Below are positions 1-11,862 of a DNA stretch of 64,000 nt, piece by piece (within the stretch, counting starts at the first letter, position 1; each line of letters starts with the position of its first letter). The DNA lies in NCBI GenBank assembly GCA_973895155.1, contig OZ316899.1:5645241-5709240 (forward strand), in the 5' to 3' direction. This DNA is from Marsupella aquatica (lineage: Eukaryota > Plantae > Marchantiophyta). The notes under the pieces are model-generated. The model saw only the letters and a list, made by a program, of their open reading frames with translations, did no database searches and was not told where the DNA came from. Made by a program: the position numbers and the translations under genes.

Positions 1-242
1 ATAGTGCCACAGAGGTAGCAAAGTACCCTTTTGATTCCATTCCAGTGTCGAATGGTCGGCTGTGAGTTGTGCCTTGCTAGTAGGTTCACAGCGAAGGCAA
101 TGTCTGGCCTCGTTTGGGTGGCCAAGAACATAAGCACTCCTATTGCAGATAGGTAGGGCTTGTCTGAGCCAAGTAGTGGCTCATTTTCAGTACGCTTTCG
201 GAACATGTCTTTGTCCCTATCTAGGGATCTGATGTCCAGCAT
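1..242 (-). pseudogene. Ty1/Copia reverse transcriptase C-terminal fragment (inverted relative to the adjacent RNase H)
   Basis: Manual translation of the minus strand gives LDIRSLDRDKDMF...PYLSAIGVLMFLATQTRPDIAFAVNLLARHNSQPTIRHWNGIKRVLCYLCGT, the typical Copia RT end (TRPDI motif). Confidence 0.85.
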
Positions 243-388
243 TGTACAAAGCAAGTCGCGAATGCTTATGGCTGAGAAACGTAATTAATCATATCCTACA
301 TCACACAAGTATGAAAATACTCACCTCACCGACTGTCATCTTTGAAGACAACAGACCTTGCATAGAACAAATCGCAGCGGGCTTCATC
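239..388 (+). pseudogene. Ty1/Copia RNase H, part 5' of the CACTA-1 insertion
   Basis: ALYKASRECLWLR...PTVIFEDNRPCIEQIAAGFI carries the Copia RNase H EDN motif. It breaks exactly at CACTA (389). Confidence 0.85.
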
Positions 389-1162
389 CACTACTACATA
401 TTGGCCCCTTTTGCAAAGGTGTTCTTCGACATCGGGAAGGCCTTGTGATGTTAGCGCCTTCAGATATTTTGTGATGAAACACGCATCACAATATCCCATG
501 CTCTCAATGTCGCAAAATCATGTTGCAAAGCTAAATACATCGCACTTCATTTTGGATGTTATTGACTTCACAACAACTTGATATACTAGTTGTATCACAA
601 TGAGTCCGCGACCATTGCGACCGTATTCAGATACATTTTGGTTCATAATTTAGCGATTCTAATACGATCACGGGTGTTTTGTGAACCTATTATCTTCGAA
701 AAGTATTGTGAAGAACGTTGAGTCGCAAAGTACTGAATCCAGTTTGGTCGCAAAGTACTGAATCTAGTTTGGTCGCAAATTTGAGAACCAATTTGTATTA
801 GAAGGACCGATGGAATTTTATTCACAAGAGGTCCAAAAATTCCTTCCCGACTACTTCAAAAAATGTTTTGCAAAGAGAGTTGTTTGCAAAGTTTTCAGAA
901 TGGAAATGTTTGAGAGAATACTTTAGAAGATGGAGAATGCATGTGTTTAGGTTATAAGCTAGGGATTTCAAAAAGGTGGCATGCATATATGAGGATAACT
1001 TTTCTAGTGGCTAGGGTTGCATATATATATAGCGGTAAATTTCAAAGTCCAAGTGTTTGTAAGACAAAAGAAGAAAATAAATAGGTAAATATAAATTAAA
1101 CCATGATAGTTAATATAATCACAATTATACGCCCCACAACAAGTTTTACTACTAGTGATGCA

Positions 1163-4100
1163 TCAAACTTGGTCCTCATCCTCTCCTCTGTTTGACACAA
1201 TAATAACTTCAGGTTTTTCTGAGATAATGGAACGAGACCGTGGCACATACGGTATAACAACTGACCACTCCTCTGGGTCTGGTGGGTACGGAATATAGAA
1301 ACACTGCTCAAGGTGACTTGGGAATGTAAACGGTTCAGATGTTTGCCAATGAGATGGTTGAAAGCTAGTTGCTGATGTCTTCAGTCGAGTAAACCCACAA
1401 TCATCAAGAAGTACCGTGCAATTCTCACCAACCAAGTGAATTTTGAACCACTTACATTTGAAGACATACTCTTCAAATTTTGTATCCGCATCATAGGATA
1501 CAATCAAGATCTCCTCTATCTTCCCATAGTGAGGCACCACATCTCGGATGACATTGGTGTCATGGCGGCTACTTTGTGAATCCTGCATGAACTGCCCTTG
1601 AACTCCACAGTCAAAAGTTCTACCCCTCTTCTCATCAAGGTCAAAAATCCTGAAATGTCTCCCTTGTGTCCACATTGCTGTTCTGGTCTGAACAAGTCTC
1701 AAAGGGCCATGAACAATTGTTCGAACGTCATGAGTCATATCTGGAAAATGTGATACACTCTCACCTTGGGCCACCATAGCATCCAACTGAAGTACTTTCT
1801 CTCTCATATACTCAAGGAACTTTGGAAAAATCCTTGGGCAACGACTCTCCCTCTTTGCATCCTCGTAAAACTCTCTCCATTCTTCCATGACAGTGCTCTT
1901 ACTCAACATGAAAGTAGTCATCTATGTCAACTCAACTCTGGTCAGTAAGCGTGTTTTTTTGGCTCCTGTTAAACGATCCTCCTCCATTTCTCTCTCGTCC
2001 ATCCAATTGCGTGGACAACTAGGATCAATGGTAGCTAAGATGTTGCTGCAATAGAACATACTCTCAACTGCCAAGTATCCTGTTGCCATGCTCCCCTCCA
2101 CTCGTGCACGATTCCGTACATAAGCCTTTAACACAGCCATGTACCTTTCCAACCAATACATCCAACGACAATGCACTGGACCAGCAATGGCAACCTCCCT
2201 CACAAGATGAACAAGTAAATGCACTTGACAATCAAAGAAGGAAGGAGGGAGGGCCTTCTCTAACTTGCAAACTACCTCAGCTGCCAATACCTCCATACAT
2301 GGGATCTCTTCTTCATATATTTCCTTTGAGCATATCCATCTCAACAAAGTGCCCAATGACTAGAGGGCATCTTGCACTTCTTCACTGCCCAAGTCTATGA
2401 TTGCCACAGGAAGTATATGTTGTAGTAAACGGTGATAGTCATGTGTCTTTAGATACATTGGCCACTTATGACTGTCCTCCATCCCAAAAGCTTTCCAGAG
2501 ATTGGCACCATAGCCTGTAGGAAACCGCATCTGACCTATGCATTGTCGAAACTCTCTTCTTTCACCAACACTCAAAACCCAAGGAGCTGAAGGACGATGT
2601 TCCATCCCTGTTGATTCATCAACTGTTATCCATACATCTGGATGTCGTTCTAGATCTTGGCATGCCTCCCTAAAATTATGGTCCTTTTCTCCATAAAAAT
2701 GCTTGATCAAAGCCTTCCCAATGTTTCCCTCTATATGCATGGGGTCTAACAAGTGATGAATCTTCAACTCAGGCCAATACGGCAAAGTGGCTAGTATAGT
2801 CCACCGTGTCAACCCACTTCCATCAAATGCCACGGGGTCATCAGGGTTTGCCACCCTATCAGCTATGGATTTCCAATGTGCAAAGGATGTACGCTCAGGT
2901 ATGTCACGCTCATCACCATTGATCATGTCAAAGTCTGAAAATAGAAGGGGGTCAGACCTCATCTCATGTCCAAGTGGAAGAAACTTGGTATGCCCAAGGT
3001 AGATTATCTTGAGAAGCCATCTTGAGTACTTGGCCATATCTTCAAGGCTTGGACCACAAGTGGAGCATGCCTTATACCCTTGAGTTTGTAACCCTGAAAC
3101 AAACCCAAACCCTACAACAAACCCAAACCCAAACAACTTTCTCAATTAGAGTCAAAGGATTTAAAAAGTTCATGTACATACATAAATATGAGGGACTTCC
3201 TCTAAAACAAACTCTTTAATACATGAAAACCTTACCAGGATAGTCATGCATGGTCCACATATTGATTCCCTTTAATTTGAAGACACGCAATAATCCCCCT
3301 GTAGTTTTCCGACCATCATAGGCCCACACACCATCCCATAATTTTTGAAGTTCCCCAACCAATAGTGCCAAGTAGGTGTCCATGTTTTTTACCTTAGATG
3401 GACCTGGGATAATCAATGACAACAATAAGAAACCCTTTTTCATGGACAACCATGGTGGAAGGTTGTAATTCATAACAACCATCGGCCAAACTGATGTAGG
3501 GCGTCCTTTCCCACCAAGGGAATGGGGACTGACCCCATCTGATGCCAACCCCAACCTCACATGACGAGGGTCATTGGCAAACTCTGGCCATTGTGACTCC
3601 ACATGCTTGTGAGCAGGGGAGTCAACTGGCAACCGCATGACACCGGCCTTTGATCGATGTGTCTTATGCCATACCATCAATTCTGCCAAGTTAGAACATC
3701 GATACATGTGCAACAATCAAGGAATAATGGGAAACCAACGGACAGCTTTCCTAGGCACCTTTGAGGTCAACATGTTGGCCTCATATCGAGGCTCATGACA
3801 AATTGGACACTCAGTCCTGTTGGCATTGGTCTCATGATATAGGATGCAGTCATTCACACAAGCATGAATGATATGATATTCCATACCAATGGATGATAAA
3901 ACTCTCTTTGTCTCCTTCCAAGTTCCTGGCAATACATTGTCACTGGGTAACATGAGGTCATGACAAATTGCAAACAAATCCGATAGTAGGGCATTGCTTG
4001 CCTTGTGTTTTGCCTGAAGGTTCATCAATGCCAAGATGGCAGAGAGTCTATTCAAGCGAGCACCCCCATAAATAGGTGTTCTAGCATGTGCCTCCGCTTC

Positions 4101-5737
4101 TTCCCATTGTTGTTGACCTTCTGGTGTATGTTGAGGTCGGGGGTCATGTGCAGCATTTGGTGGGGGAGCTCCTTCATTGGGTGGTCCACGTCCTTCACCA
4201 TCAACGTCCACACCAAACCAATCTGTCATGAAGTCATCCATGGCTGTCTCCTGGTCCTGCATGACCTCATAATCTGTCCTAGGTGCCCCTTCATTCGACC
4301 TTCAATGTCATTGTCACTGGATGAGGAATCAAATGATGATGTTTCTCCGTCTCGTGGCATGCCCATTTCATCATATGTAGCTCTCAACCTCCTTGGCAAC
4401 ATATCTTGACTAGGTCGCACATTCTATGCACAACACAATAAAGCATTTGCAATCAAACTCCAAATAATAGTGAGACAAATATGTTATTAATAATATGAAA
4501 AGGACATGGGTAGCTTACAAAAATATGTTCACACGCAATGAATGAACATGTAATACATGAGTGTCCCTAAAATAACTAAGCCTAATCCCACTCATAATGA
4601 GTAAACAACTCCTCTCCAGCCTTAATGGTCCTTGTAGCCACAACCAGACAATGGTCATGATGATATCTCTGTCCATATGGTGCTGGAGGGGACCATCAAC
4701 AAAAACCCACTCACAATTTTGCCTACGCTTGGGCCAGGACCCCACAGTACTGTTTATGAAACCGGCTATATTCCCACTACGGATGGGATCTCCATCAATT
4801 ATACGTTGTTCACTATACTTTCTAGTGCAGCCATCAAAAGTATCCATGTCCAATGCATAAGTCTTCCACTCAGGGTGTTGTACAAGGATCATGTTCCAAT
4901 GTATCCTCTTGTAAATGGGTCCACCATATGGGAACAACGTTGGTTCATCTGGAGACCTCCCTTTTCCACCCATATCATCCACAATGATGTCCTCACAAGA
5001 AAAAACTTCATACCCATGTCTCTCCCCTAGTGTAGAACTTTTGACAACCCAACGCCTTCCCCAAACCTCTATCTCCTCACCATAGGTTATATCACATGGC
5101 AAACCAAGGCAATCAGGATTCCAATCCTTTATGATAGGCACACATTTCCCTGTGAACGTACAAGGTCCCCACCTACCATCAACCCTACAGGTATACTGAT
5201 CAACTTCCCCTCTCGGCTTCCTTTTAGATCATTTTTTCCCTCTTGTAACAATACCAACACCCTCAGCTGTCCCAACACTTCCTTGCCCTGTTGCAACTAG
5301 ACAAAAAGCTTGTGAAAGGGCCAAGCCTATAGCATCTAGAACTCCTTGTGAGGGAACATAGGGTGTTGGTGCCGTGGGTGTAGGCCTAGTGGATACCTAT
5401 ATGAAAAAATCCAACAAAGTAAATGTGAACAACTTCCCAAAACCTAAGTCATGCTAGGTAGATTTATAAAATTAGAAACAAACAAGGTAACTTTACAACT
5501 CACCATATGGGATGAAGAGGCTCTCAGTGTAAGACCTCGATGTTGTCCATATCTTACAATGTGGTCCGCACATACATATGACTTCTGGACAATCATCCCC
5601 ACACATTTTTTACAACCACAAAGTTGACGTGGCGGACCACTAGGTTGATGTACACTTGGTTCAGGCTCAGGAGGAGGAGGAATGTCTTCATCGGAGGAGG
5701 AGTCCGACGTGGTGGAAGTTGTAGAGGATGAAGACAT
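1163..5737 (-). pseudogene. CACTA-1 TnpD-type transposase (transposase-associated zinc exon, Transposase_21, DUF4218 and DUF4216-like regions)
   Basis: Predicted exons 5737-5504, 4423-3236 and 3111-1163. Motifs include CGCKKC..H..H, IHACVNDCILY, RHVRLGLASDG, YNLPPW, TMHDYPG, LDPMHIEGN, LKTHDYH and HCRWMYWLERYM. There are in-frame stops at ~3717, ~2360 and ~1922 and a frameshift near 4280. Confidence 0.9.
4582..5396 (-). pseudogene. SET/PR-like domain exon nested in CACTA-1 transposase intron 1
   Basis: HGYEVF..LFPYGG..IDGDPIRSGNIAGFINST..NCEW, then after a 1-nt frameshift at ~4690 CLVVATRTIKAGEELFTHYEWD*. AG acceptor at 5398-5397 and one in-frame TGA at 5231-5229. Clearly homologous to 49244-50062. 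Confidence 0.85.
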
Positions 5738-6169
5738 CTGGCAAATGCAACAAATGTTTGGAGTCTGGAGTTAGTAAAAAAATTCCCAAAACCATCCTTT
5801 CTAAACCCTAAGTACACTTTAAACTGAAGTGAAATGAATATTACCGTTTTTGAGACCCGGGCTCAGCAATGCCTATAGGTCTTCAAGCTCAAACTTGATG
5901 AACCCAATCTGGAAGTAGGAGGGAAAAATCTGCAAATATATAATACATTATAAGCCATGACTCATGATCAAGTAGAGAAAGGGATGATAGACTATAACCC
6001 TCAATAGTTCCAATATAAACCAAAAGGCCTTAAAACGAGTTGTACCTTTCAGATGCCCGGGCTCTCGCAATGCATATGCATTAGCCAAAACTTTGAAAAA
6101 GATGCGGAAGTGTCGTGCAAGTAGTCCTAGAGTGTTCCAACCCTTTATGTTAATGGAAAAATGAAAGCA

Positions 6170-6610
6170 TACCCTAAATGAAAACCTAACCCAAACCCCT
6201 ACCATGGACCCTAACCCTAAACCCTTAGTGAACCCTAACCCAAAGTAAACCCTCAATTAGAAAATAAACAAAACCTCTATTAAAACCTAACTCAAACCCC
6301 TACCCTAGACCCTAACACAGCTTCAAAGGTAAAACCTAAGTAATAGGAACCCCTACCTTAAACCCACACCCAAACTTCAAAGGTAAAACCTTACTAACCA
6401 AAACCCTTACCTTAAACCCTAACCCAAAGCATTTCCCATGAAACCCTAACCCAAAGCCCTCAATTAAATAGACCATGACCCTAAACTTCAATATAGTGCA
6501 AAAACCCTGAGTTAGAAGTCAAAGCCAACCCTTACATTAAAACCTAACCCCTACATTAAACCCCTACATTGGACAAAATAAAATTAAGTCCCTCAATTAA
6601 ACACAAAACA
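6170..6610 (+). repeat. Degenerate telomere-like (AAACCCTA/CCCTAA) array between the divergent CACTA-1 genes
   Basis: Many copies of aaccctaaccc, aaaccctaa and aaacctaa, e.g. 6208-6243 and 6414-6425. Confidence 0.7.
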
Positions 6611-7096
6611 CCTTAACTCAAAACCCAATTATATTTTCCTAACTTGGCAAATCACAAGAGTTGTGGGTTTAAGCAACTTACCCTTCTAAATCCGTTTAAT
6701 GTACTCAGGATCGTTTCCCACCCTAAACCAATATCACTTGCCTTGCAAATTAGTTCACAACTTAGAGAGAAATTTTGCGAACCTCTACGCTTCGCAACGG
6801 CTTGCAAAAACAGAGGCCGAGAGCAAATTTTGGTCCCTTCTGCAGGTTGCGATTGCCTTGCAATGACTAAACCTTCACAACAAGGTCGCAATTTGCAAAA
6901 TGGTTTGCGAAGCGCATAGGATGGGAGTTTCCCATGCGAATCTGATCGCAACACCCTTTTTTTTGAATGCCGTAAGTATCGGCGAGAGCTTGCGTTGAGC
7001 TCATTCCTATGTTTTGTCAAGAGAACGAGCGGAGAAGGCGAGAGGGTAGTGTAGCTGCACGCAAGGAGAAGAAAGAGACTTGAGAGGCGGAAGGCT

Positions 7097-9120
7097 ATGG
7101 CTGGTGGTGTGGGAAGTGGACAACATGGTGCTAGTGGTGCTAGTGGTAGTGGCAATGGGACAAATCAAGAGAAGGAGGGGAATGCATTCGCGGATTTAGT
7201 GGCCCAACATCTCAATGCTGCACAGTTGGGCAAAGTGAATTTGAATACTCCATCAGGGCTTGCCTCGTTGAGTGGCATTCTAGGGCAGATTTTGCAGACA
7301 GGAATTCTAGCAGGGCAGGCTACTAGAGGGGAGGAGGAAAGGGCCGCAGCTGAGGAGAAAGCTAGAGAGAAAAAAAGGAAGAGAGAGGAGAGGGATAAAT
7401 CGGGAGTTGCTTCTCCTCAAGCCCTTGAAAAAAAAAAAAAAGAGGAGAGGGATGCAATTCAAAAACAGAGGGATGAGCAACGTCAAAAAGAGGAAGCAAG
7501 GAAAAAGTTGCCATTCATTGCCTTGGACGCGAGTGGAACTCCAACAGAGCTAGCCTATGCAGGGGCTAAGAGCACAATCAAGCAGATCATCACAAGCAAT
7601 TTCTCACGAGGCATGCAGTGGGGAAAGGTTGAGAAGGCAGAACGAAAGAGGATGATCAATCAGATCAAGGATGCATTTTGCAACGGACCTGACATAGATG
7701 AGCAATGGCTGGGAGACAAGATTTCAAATTCTATGTCTCAAATGAGATACCATGACAGGATGAAGATCAGAGCCCACCTGAAAGACTTGAGATCATACAG
7801 GAATTTGCGTAGACCCCTCCATTTCACCGGGGACATTTGGAATGCATTTTACAAGATTGAGGTGCAGATCAAAGCAGCTGGTGAGTTAGATCAGTGGAAG
7901 GATGCATTGGCTCGAGCCTTGAAGGCAAAGGAGGCCGGGAAGCTCTCCCCTGACCACGACCTGAAGGGACTCGAACAGAAGGTGGTTGATCAAGAAGGAA
8001 GACCACCCAAGCGATTCACTGATGCAGCCAAGCGAGTAAAGGCCACCCCCAATCCAATCCACAGGTTGGGTCAAGGCGGGCTCCCCGGCCTCAAGGCTCA
8101 CTTCGTGAGTGCCTCCTCCCCTTCGTACTCTCTTTCCAACTTAGTTTCCCAGTGGGGCAATGCAAGTGAATGGAATCCCATGAATGGTGAAGCTCTCATG
8201 TGCTTTGCTTGTGTAGTGTTTTAGGTCATGTCTGACACTTAGAATTTTGGGCACCTTTTTAAAAACTCTCGGGAAAACAGTTTGCGAACCCGTTGCGATG
8301 CGTATCCCTTTGCAACCTGTTCGCAAACTCTATTATGGACTTTTGTTTTTCCCCAGTTGCGAACCCGTTGCGAAGGAACGCGCATCGCAACGGACATTGC
8401 AATGAGTTCGCAAAATATTGGCCTTCGCATGTTGTCAACCTATTAGCTTTGCAAAGTTTATGAATTCCCTTGGAATGAGGTTTGCTTTTGTGGGGTTTAA
8501 TTAGGGTGAGTTTTAGGTTATAAGCTAGGTTTTATTTTTTTGTGTTTAATTTTTGGTGGCATGCATGATAGTACCGGAAATACAAGAGAAAGATATCAGA
8601 GAAACATATTGAGACAACAATGGAGCACGGACGAAAGTACCTCTTTGCGATGGTAGATGCCGAGTTGGCTACTGTGAGTATCTTAGTTTTGACAATTTTT
8701 TAGTTGTCATGCAAACATTGTTGGGGACCCTTTAATTTTGCATAAACTCATTGAGTATATGGATGCAGGATTCGGTTGAGCCTGAGAGGTCGGGTGCTGA
8801 TGTGAGCAGTAGTGATGATGAGGATCAGCCCCTTACTAGTGGTGCTCAGGGGGGAGACAGTAGCCATGAGGGCGGTTCATCCCATCGTGGCAGTCGCACT
8901 AGTCTTGCGTCAGCAAGACAGGTCGATGATGAGGGGGAGCAGGAGGCAGGTGACAATGATGAGGATGAGCAGGAGGGGCAGGAGAGCAGGAGCAGGAGGA
9001 CGAGCAGGAGCACCCACGGGCCCTGCGCACCCGTCAGCAATAGGATATATGTTCCCGAAGGATAAGGGCAAGAAGCCGGCCAAGAAGCCGGTCAAGAGGG
9101 GTAGAAAGATCCCATTTTAG
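7097..9120 (+). CDS. CACTA-1 second gene, TnpA/Transposase_24-like, divergent from TnpD
   Basis: Predicted exons 7097-8104, 8572-8673 and 8769-~9065/9120 with phase-0 GT/AG sites. It has an HRLGQGG motif and is homologous to the 45903-48112 gene, including the first intron position. Confidence 0.7.
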
Positions 9121-9921
9121 TAAGTTTGAGGGACTAGCCATGTAAGAGCTTAGGATAGGAAGAGGTAGGATATGGTTAGTAGGGTCCACTTGGCATCACA
9201 TATGCCACCCTTCTTATGAATAGGGTTCCTTGAACTCCTACATTTTGTACATGCACCTATTTCTCATCTAATAAACACCAATTTTGCCTTACAATACATT
9301 GGGTCCATACCCAAGAGGAATACCTCGCAAAATGTTTATTGAAGCTTGTGCTTTCAAACAATTGCAAACCGGTTGAGAATTCCTAAACTTCAAAACTAAC
9401 CAGCTCATTTACCTTGCAACTTGTGAGCAACATTTCATCACACTTTTACATTCAATCTAGTTCACAACTATCCCATTCTTCTCTCTTTGCTAATTGCGAA
9501 CGCAATTGATTCGTTCTATTTGAAGCAAAACACTCCAGTATTTGCGATACAAATGAAACGGCAACTTATGAACCTAAAAGTATCTCAGATTCCGAGTCAA
9601 CTAATACCGCAAACCATCTACGAAGCAAAAGCGTTTGCAAATTTGAACAACCGCAACGGCGTTGGTGTGGTGCTTTGCGAACTGCATGCGATACGCAAAA
9701 CATCGCACAGGTACGGAAAATTGCAAGGCTATGTGGTTGGGTAATTGTGAAGTCGTTGCGATGGTGTTGCAATGGTCCAATTGTGAAGCATTTAGGTTTG
9801 CAAGTGGCAAAGGTGTTGCGATGCGCGTTTAATCGCAACACGTAGAATTCTTGATGTAAAGTTCTTTGTTAGTTGCGATATTTTTGGGTTTGCAAAAATG
9901 GATGATAGTGTAGTAGTGATC

Positions 9922-10113
9922 AAGGGAGAACGCACTAAACATATCGCCCCCAAATTCTTCTTTGCAAGAGAACAGCATGGCAACACCATCGACGTGAAAT
10001 AGATCCCAAGCACATTGAACAATGCAGACCTGCTAACCAAATCGTTACCACCTGCCATACACAAAACACTAACACAATCAATCGGCATGCGTTGTTTGTC
10101 CACCCTCTTATAG
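9922..10113 (+). pseudogene. Ty1/Copia RNase H C-terminus, part 3' of the CACTA-1 insertion
   Basis: KGERTKHIAPKFFFARE...NNADLLTKSL shows the Copia RTKHI and ADxLTK motifs, with one internal stop. Confidence 0.9.
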
Positions 10114-10805
10114 GAATCGAATTGAAATCCAAAAGACACACCGGACACAATAGTCAGGGGAGAATGCAACGGACCAAGGGCATTGAAGAACATATACCTT
10201 AATCAAATCCACAACAACGACACACAGAAAACTCTGAACATCAACCATTCACAAAAGCGACGAGGACAACCTCCAAATGGAGATGGGGCGATCAATCACC
10301 AGAAAAAAGGAACTGACAACCAAAGCGCAACCCACGACCACCAAGAACACAAGCTCCAACCAAGACTAGGGCACAACGCCACCAACTACAAATCCGCGAA
10401 ACCACTCGGGAAAACACCACAACACCAAACCCGACTACAGGACCCCCGCACATTAGTAATGATACCCCATAGTAGAGAATACACCGCATAAACTACAAAT
10501 ACCAAGAACCCACAATACATGGATTCTTCCCCCACTAAAGACCATAACAACCGACACCAATTTTAACCCAACCTCTACTTAGTAAATTACAATATGACAC
10601 TCTATTCATTTTTCATCCAAAGATGGTAGCACTCTTTCCTCCAACAAGAAAGGAGAGGAGGTTTTAATGAGGCTACATCAACACCACCTTCTCATTATTT
10701 TACTAGAACTACATTACACAATCAAATAGTTAACACCCTCACAGTAGACTCAATATGGTTGCATCACCTTAACCAAACCTATGATGCGATGCACCCAAGG
10801 GGGAG

Positions 10806-10948
10806 TGTTAGAACCCATAGGTTAAGTCTACTCTAGGGTAAGGTTTAACACCAAACCTTAGGTAGTTACTATTAAAGTAACCACCTCGATGTATAAAGAC
10901 CTCACACATGAATGAGAAGAACAACATTATTCTGGTGGTGTTTCAACA
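10806..10948 (+). repeat. Copia 3' LTR (143 bp) preceded by a polypurine tract
   Basis: PPT AAGGGGGAG lies directly before TGTTAGAA and the repeat ends TTTCAACA. The partner LTR is outside the window. Confidence 0.7.
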
Positions 10949-11862
10949 GAAGGTATAATCAATACATTGATTAAGCTTCCATCCAGCTTTTGAATTTCTC
11001 ATCCCAGCAAACATTGGATTGGACAGAGCACTCTTTCCAGATTGCAACCCACAGCCTTTGGAGGGACAACTAAAAGCGTCGAAAACAAACTCTAAGTCCC
11101 ACTTCTCCGGATCCGCCCTTACAGTATCCTGAATTTCTTCTGGTATCTACAATCCATCGGCAAACTTGCGCAAGTAGGTAGAGCATACAGAAGCCCACAA
11201 AATAGATAGAAGTTTTTTCAGGTGCATAACTTCCAAGGCGTCAGCTAGTAACATTGAATCTCTCTCAAGGGCAGGGTATATTATAGGGACAACCCGAGGG
11301 ACGGGTGAGTCGCAACTCATCTCATCTACGTCTGCCATAACAAATTGTAGCTATAGTTCTTGAAGTTTGGCTCACTATCGCCTCAGAAATCTAAGTCGCA
11401 AATTGTCGCAACGCATTGGCGTAATCACGGATCAGCATATAAGCTCCACAACGTATGGCCGTACTAGCGCCTCTACAGTTAAGTATTTAGTATCAAAATA
11501 TGGGAATGGAAGTGTTCATTGCAAGCAGGCGGGTGAGTAAGTTGCTCTCTCCCTCTCCTTGTTGTCAACGGCTACTTTTAGTTACCGATAGGGTGGGCTG
11601 CTCATAAGCACATGAGCGCATAGGCGTATAAGTGTCTAATCGCTTTAGCGCATTAGCACATGTGCTAATGTTGCGATTCTCCAATTTGACATGACATTAG
11701 AAGTAACTAGTTTTAGTATAACTACAAGAATGTACTTGAGGATGGCTTAGCTACTCTACAGTTCCTAATTAATGTAAACAACCTAAGTTGAATCACTACT
11801 TATCTCAAAAAGTTGAAAATTTTCAAGTTTTCTCAGTAAGTTTGAATAACTACTGTATTACA
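10949..11862 (-). mobile_element. Truncated Gypsy-type LTR containing an ORF remnant (11147-11338)
   Basis: It starts TGTAATA on the minus strand at 11862, like the solo LTR at 19311. The ORF (YPALERD..ALEVMHLKKLLSILW) aligns with 18364-18807 (YPTMERN..ALAVMHLSKLLTLPW). Confidence 0.6.

Larger units (their letters stand above)
389..9918. mobile_element. CACTA (En/Spm) transposon 1, full length, about 9.5 kb
   Basis: 10-bp TIRs CACTACTACA (389-398) and TGTAGTAGTG (9909-9918), with 3-bp TSD ATC at 386-388 and 9919-9921. Removing the element restores the Copia frame AAGFI|KGERTKHI. Subterminal TCGCAA/TTGCGA clusters are present. Confidence 0.95.

Noticed and set aside
6170-6610. True or interstitial telomere
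   Set aside because: The repeats are highly degenerate and internal to a transposon.
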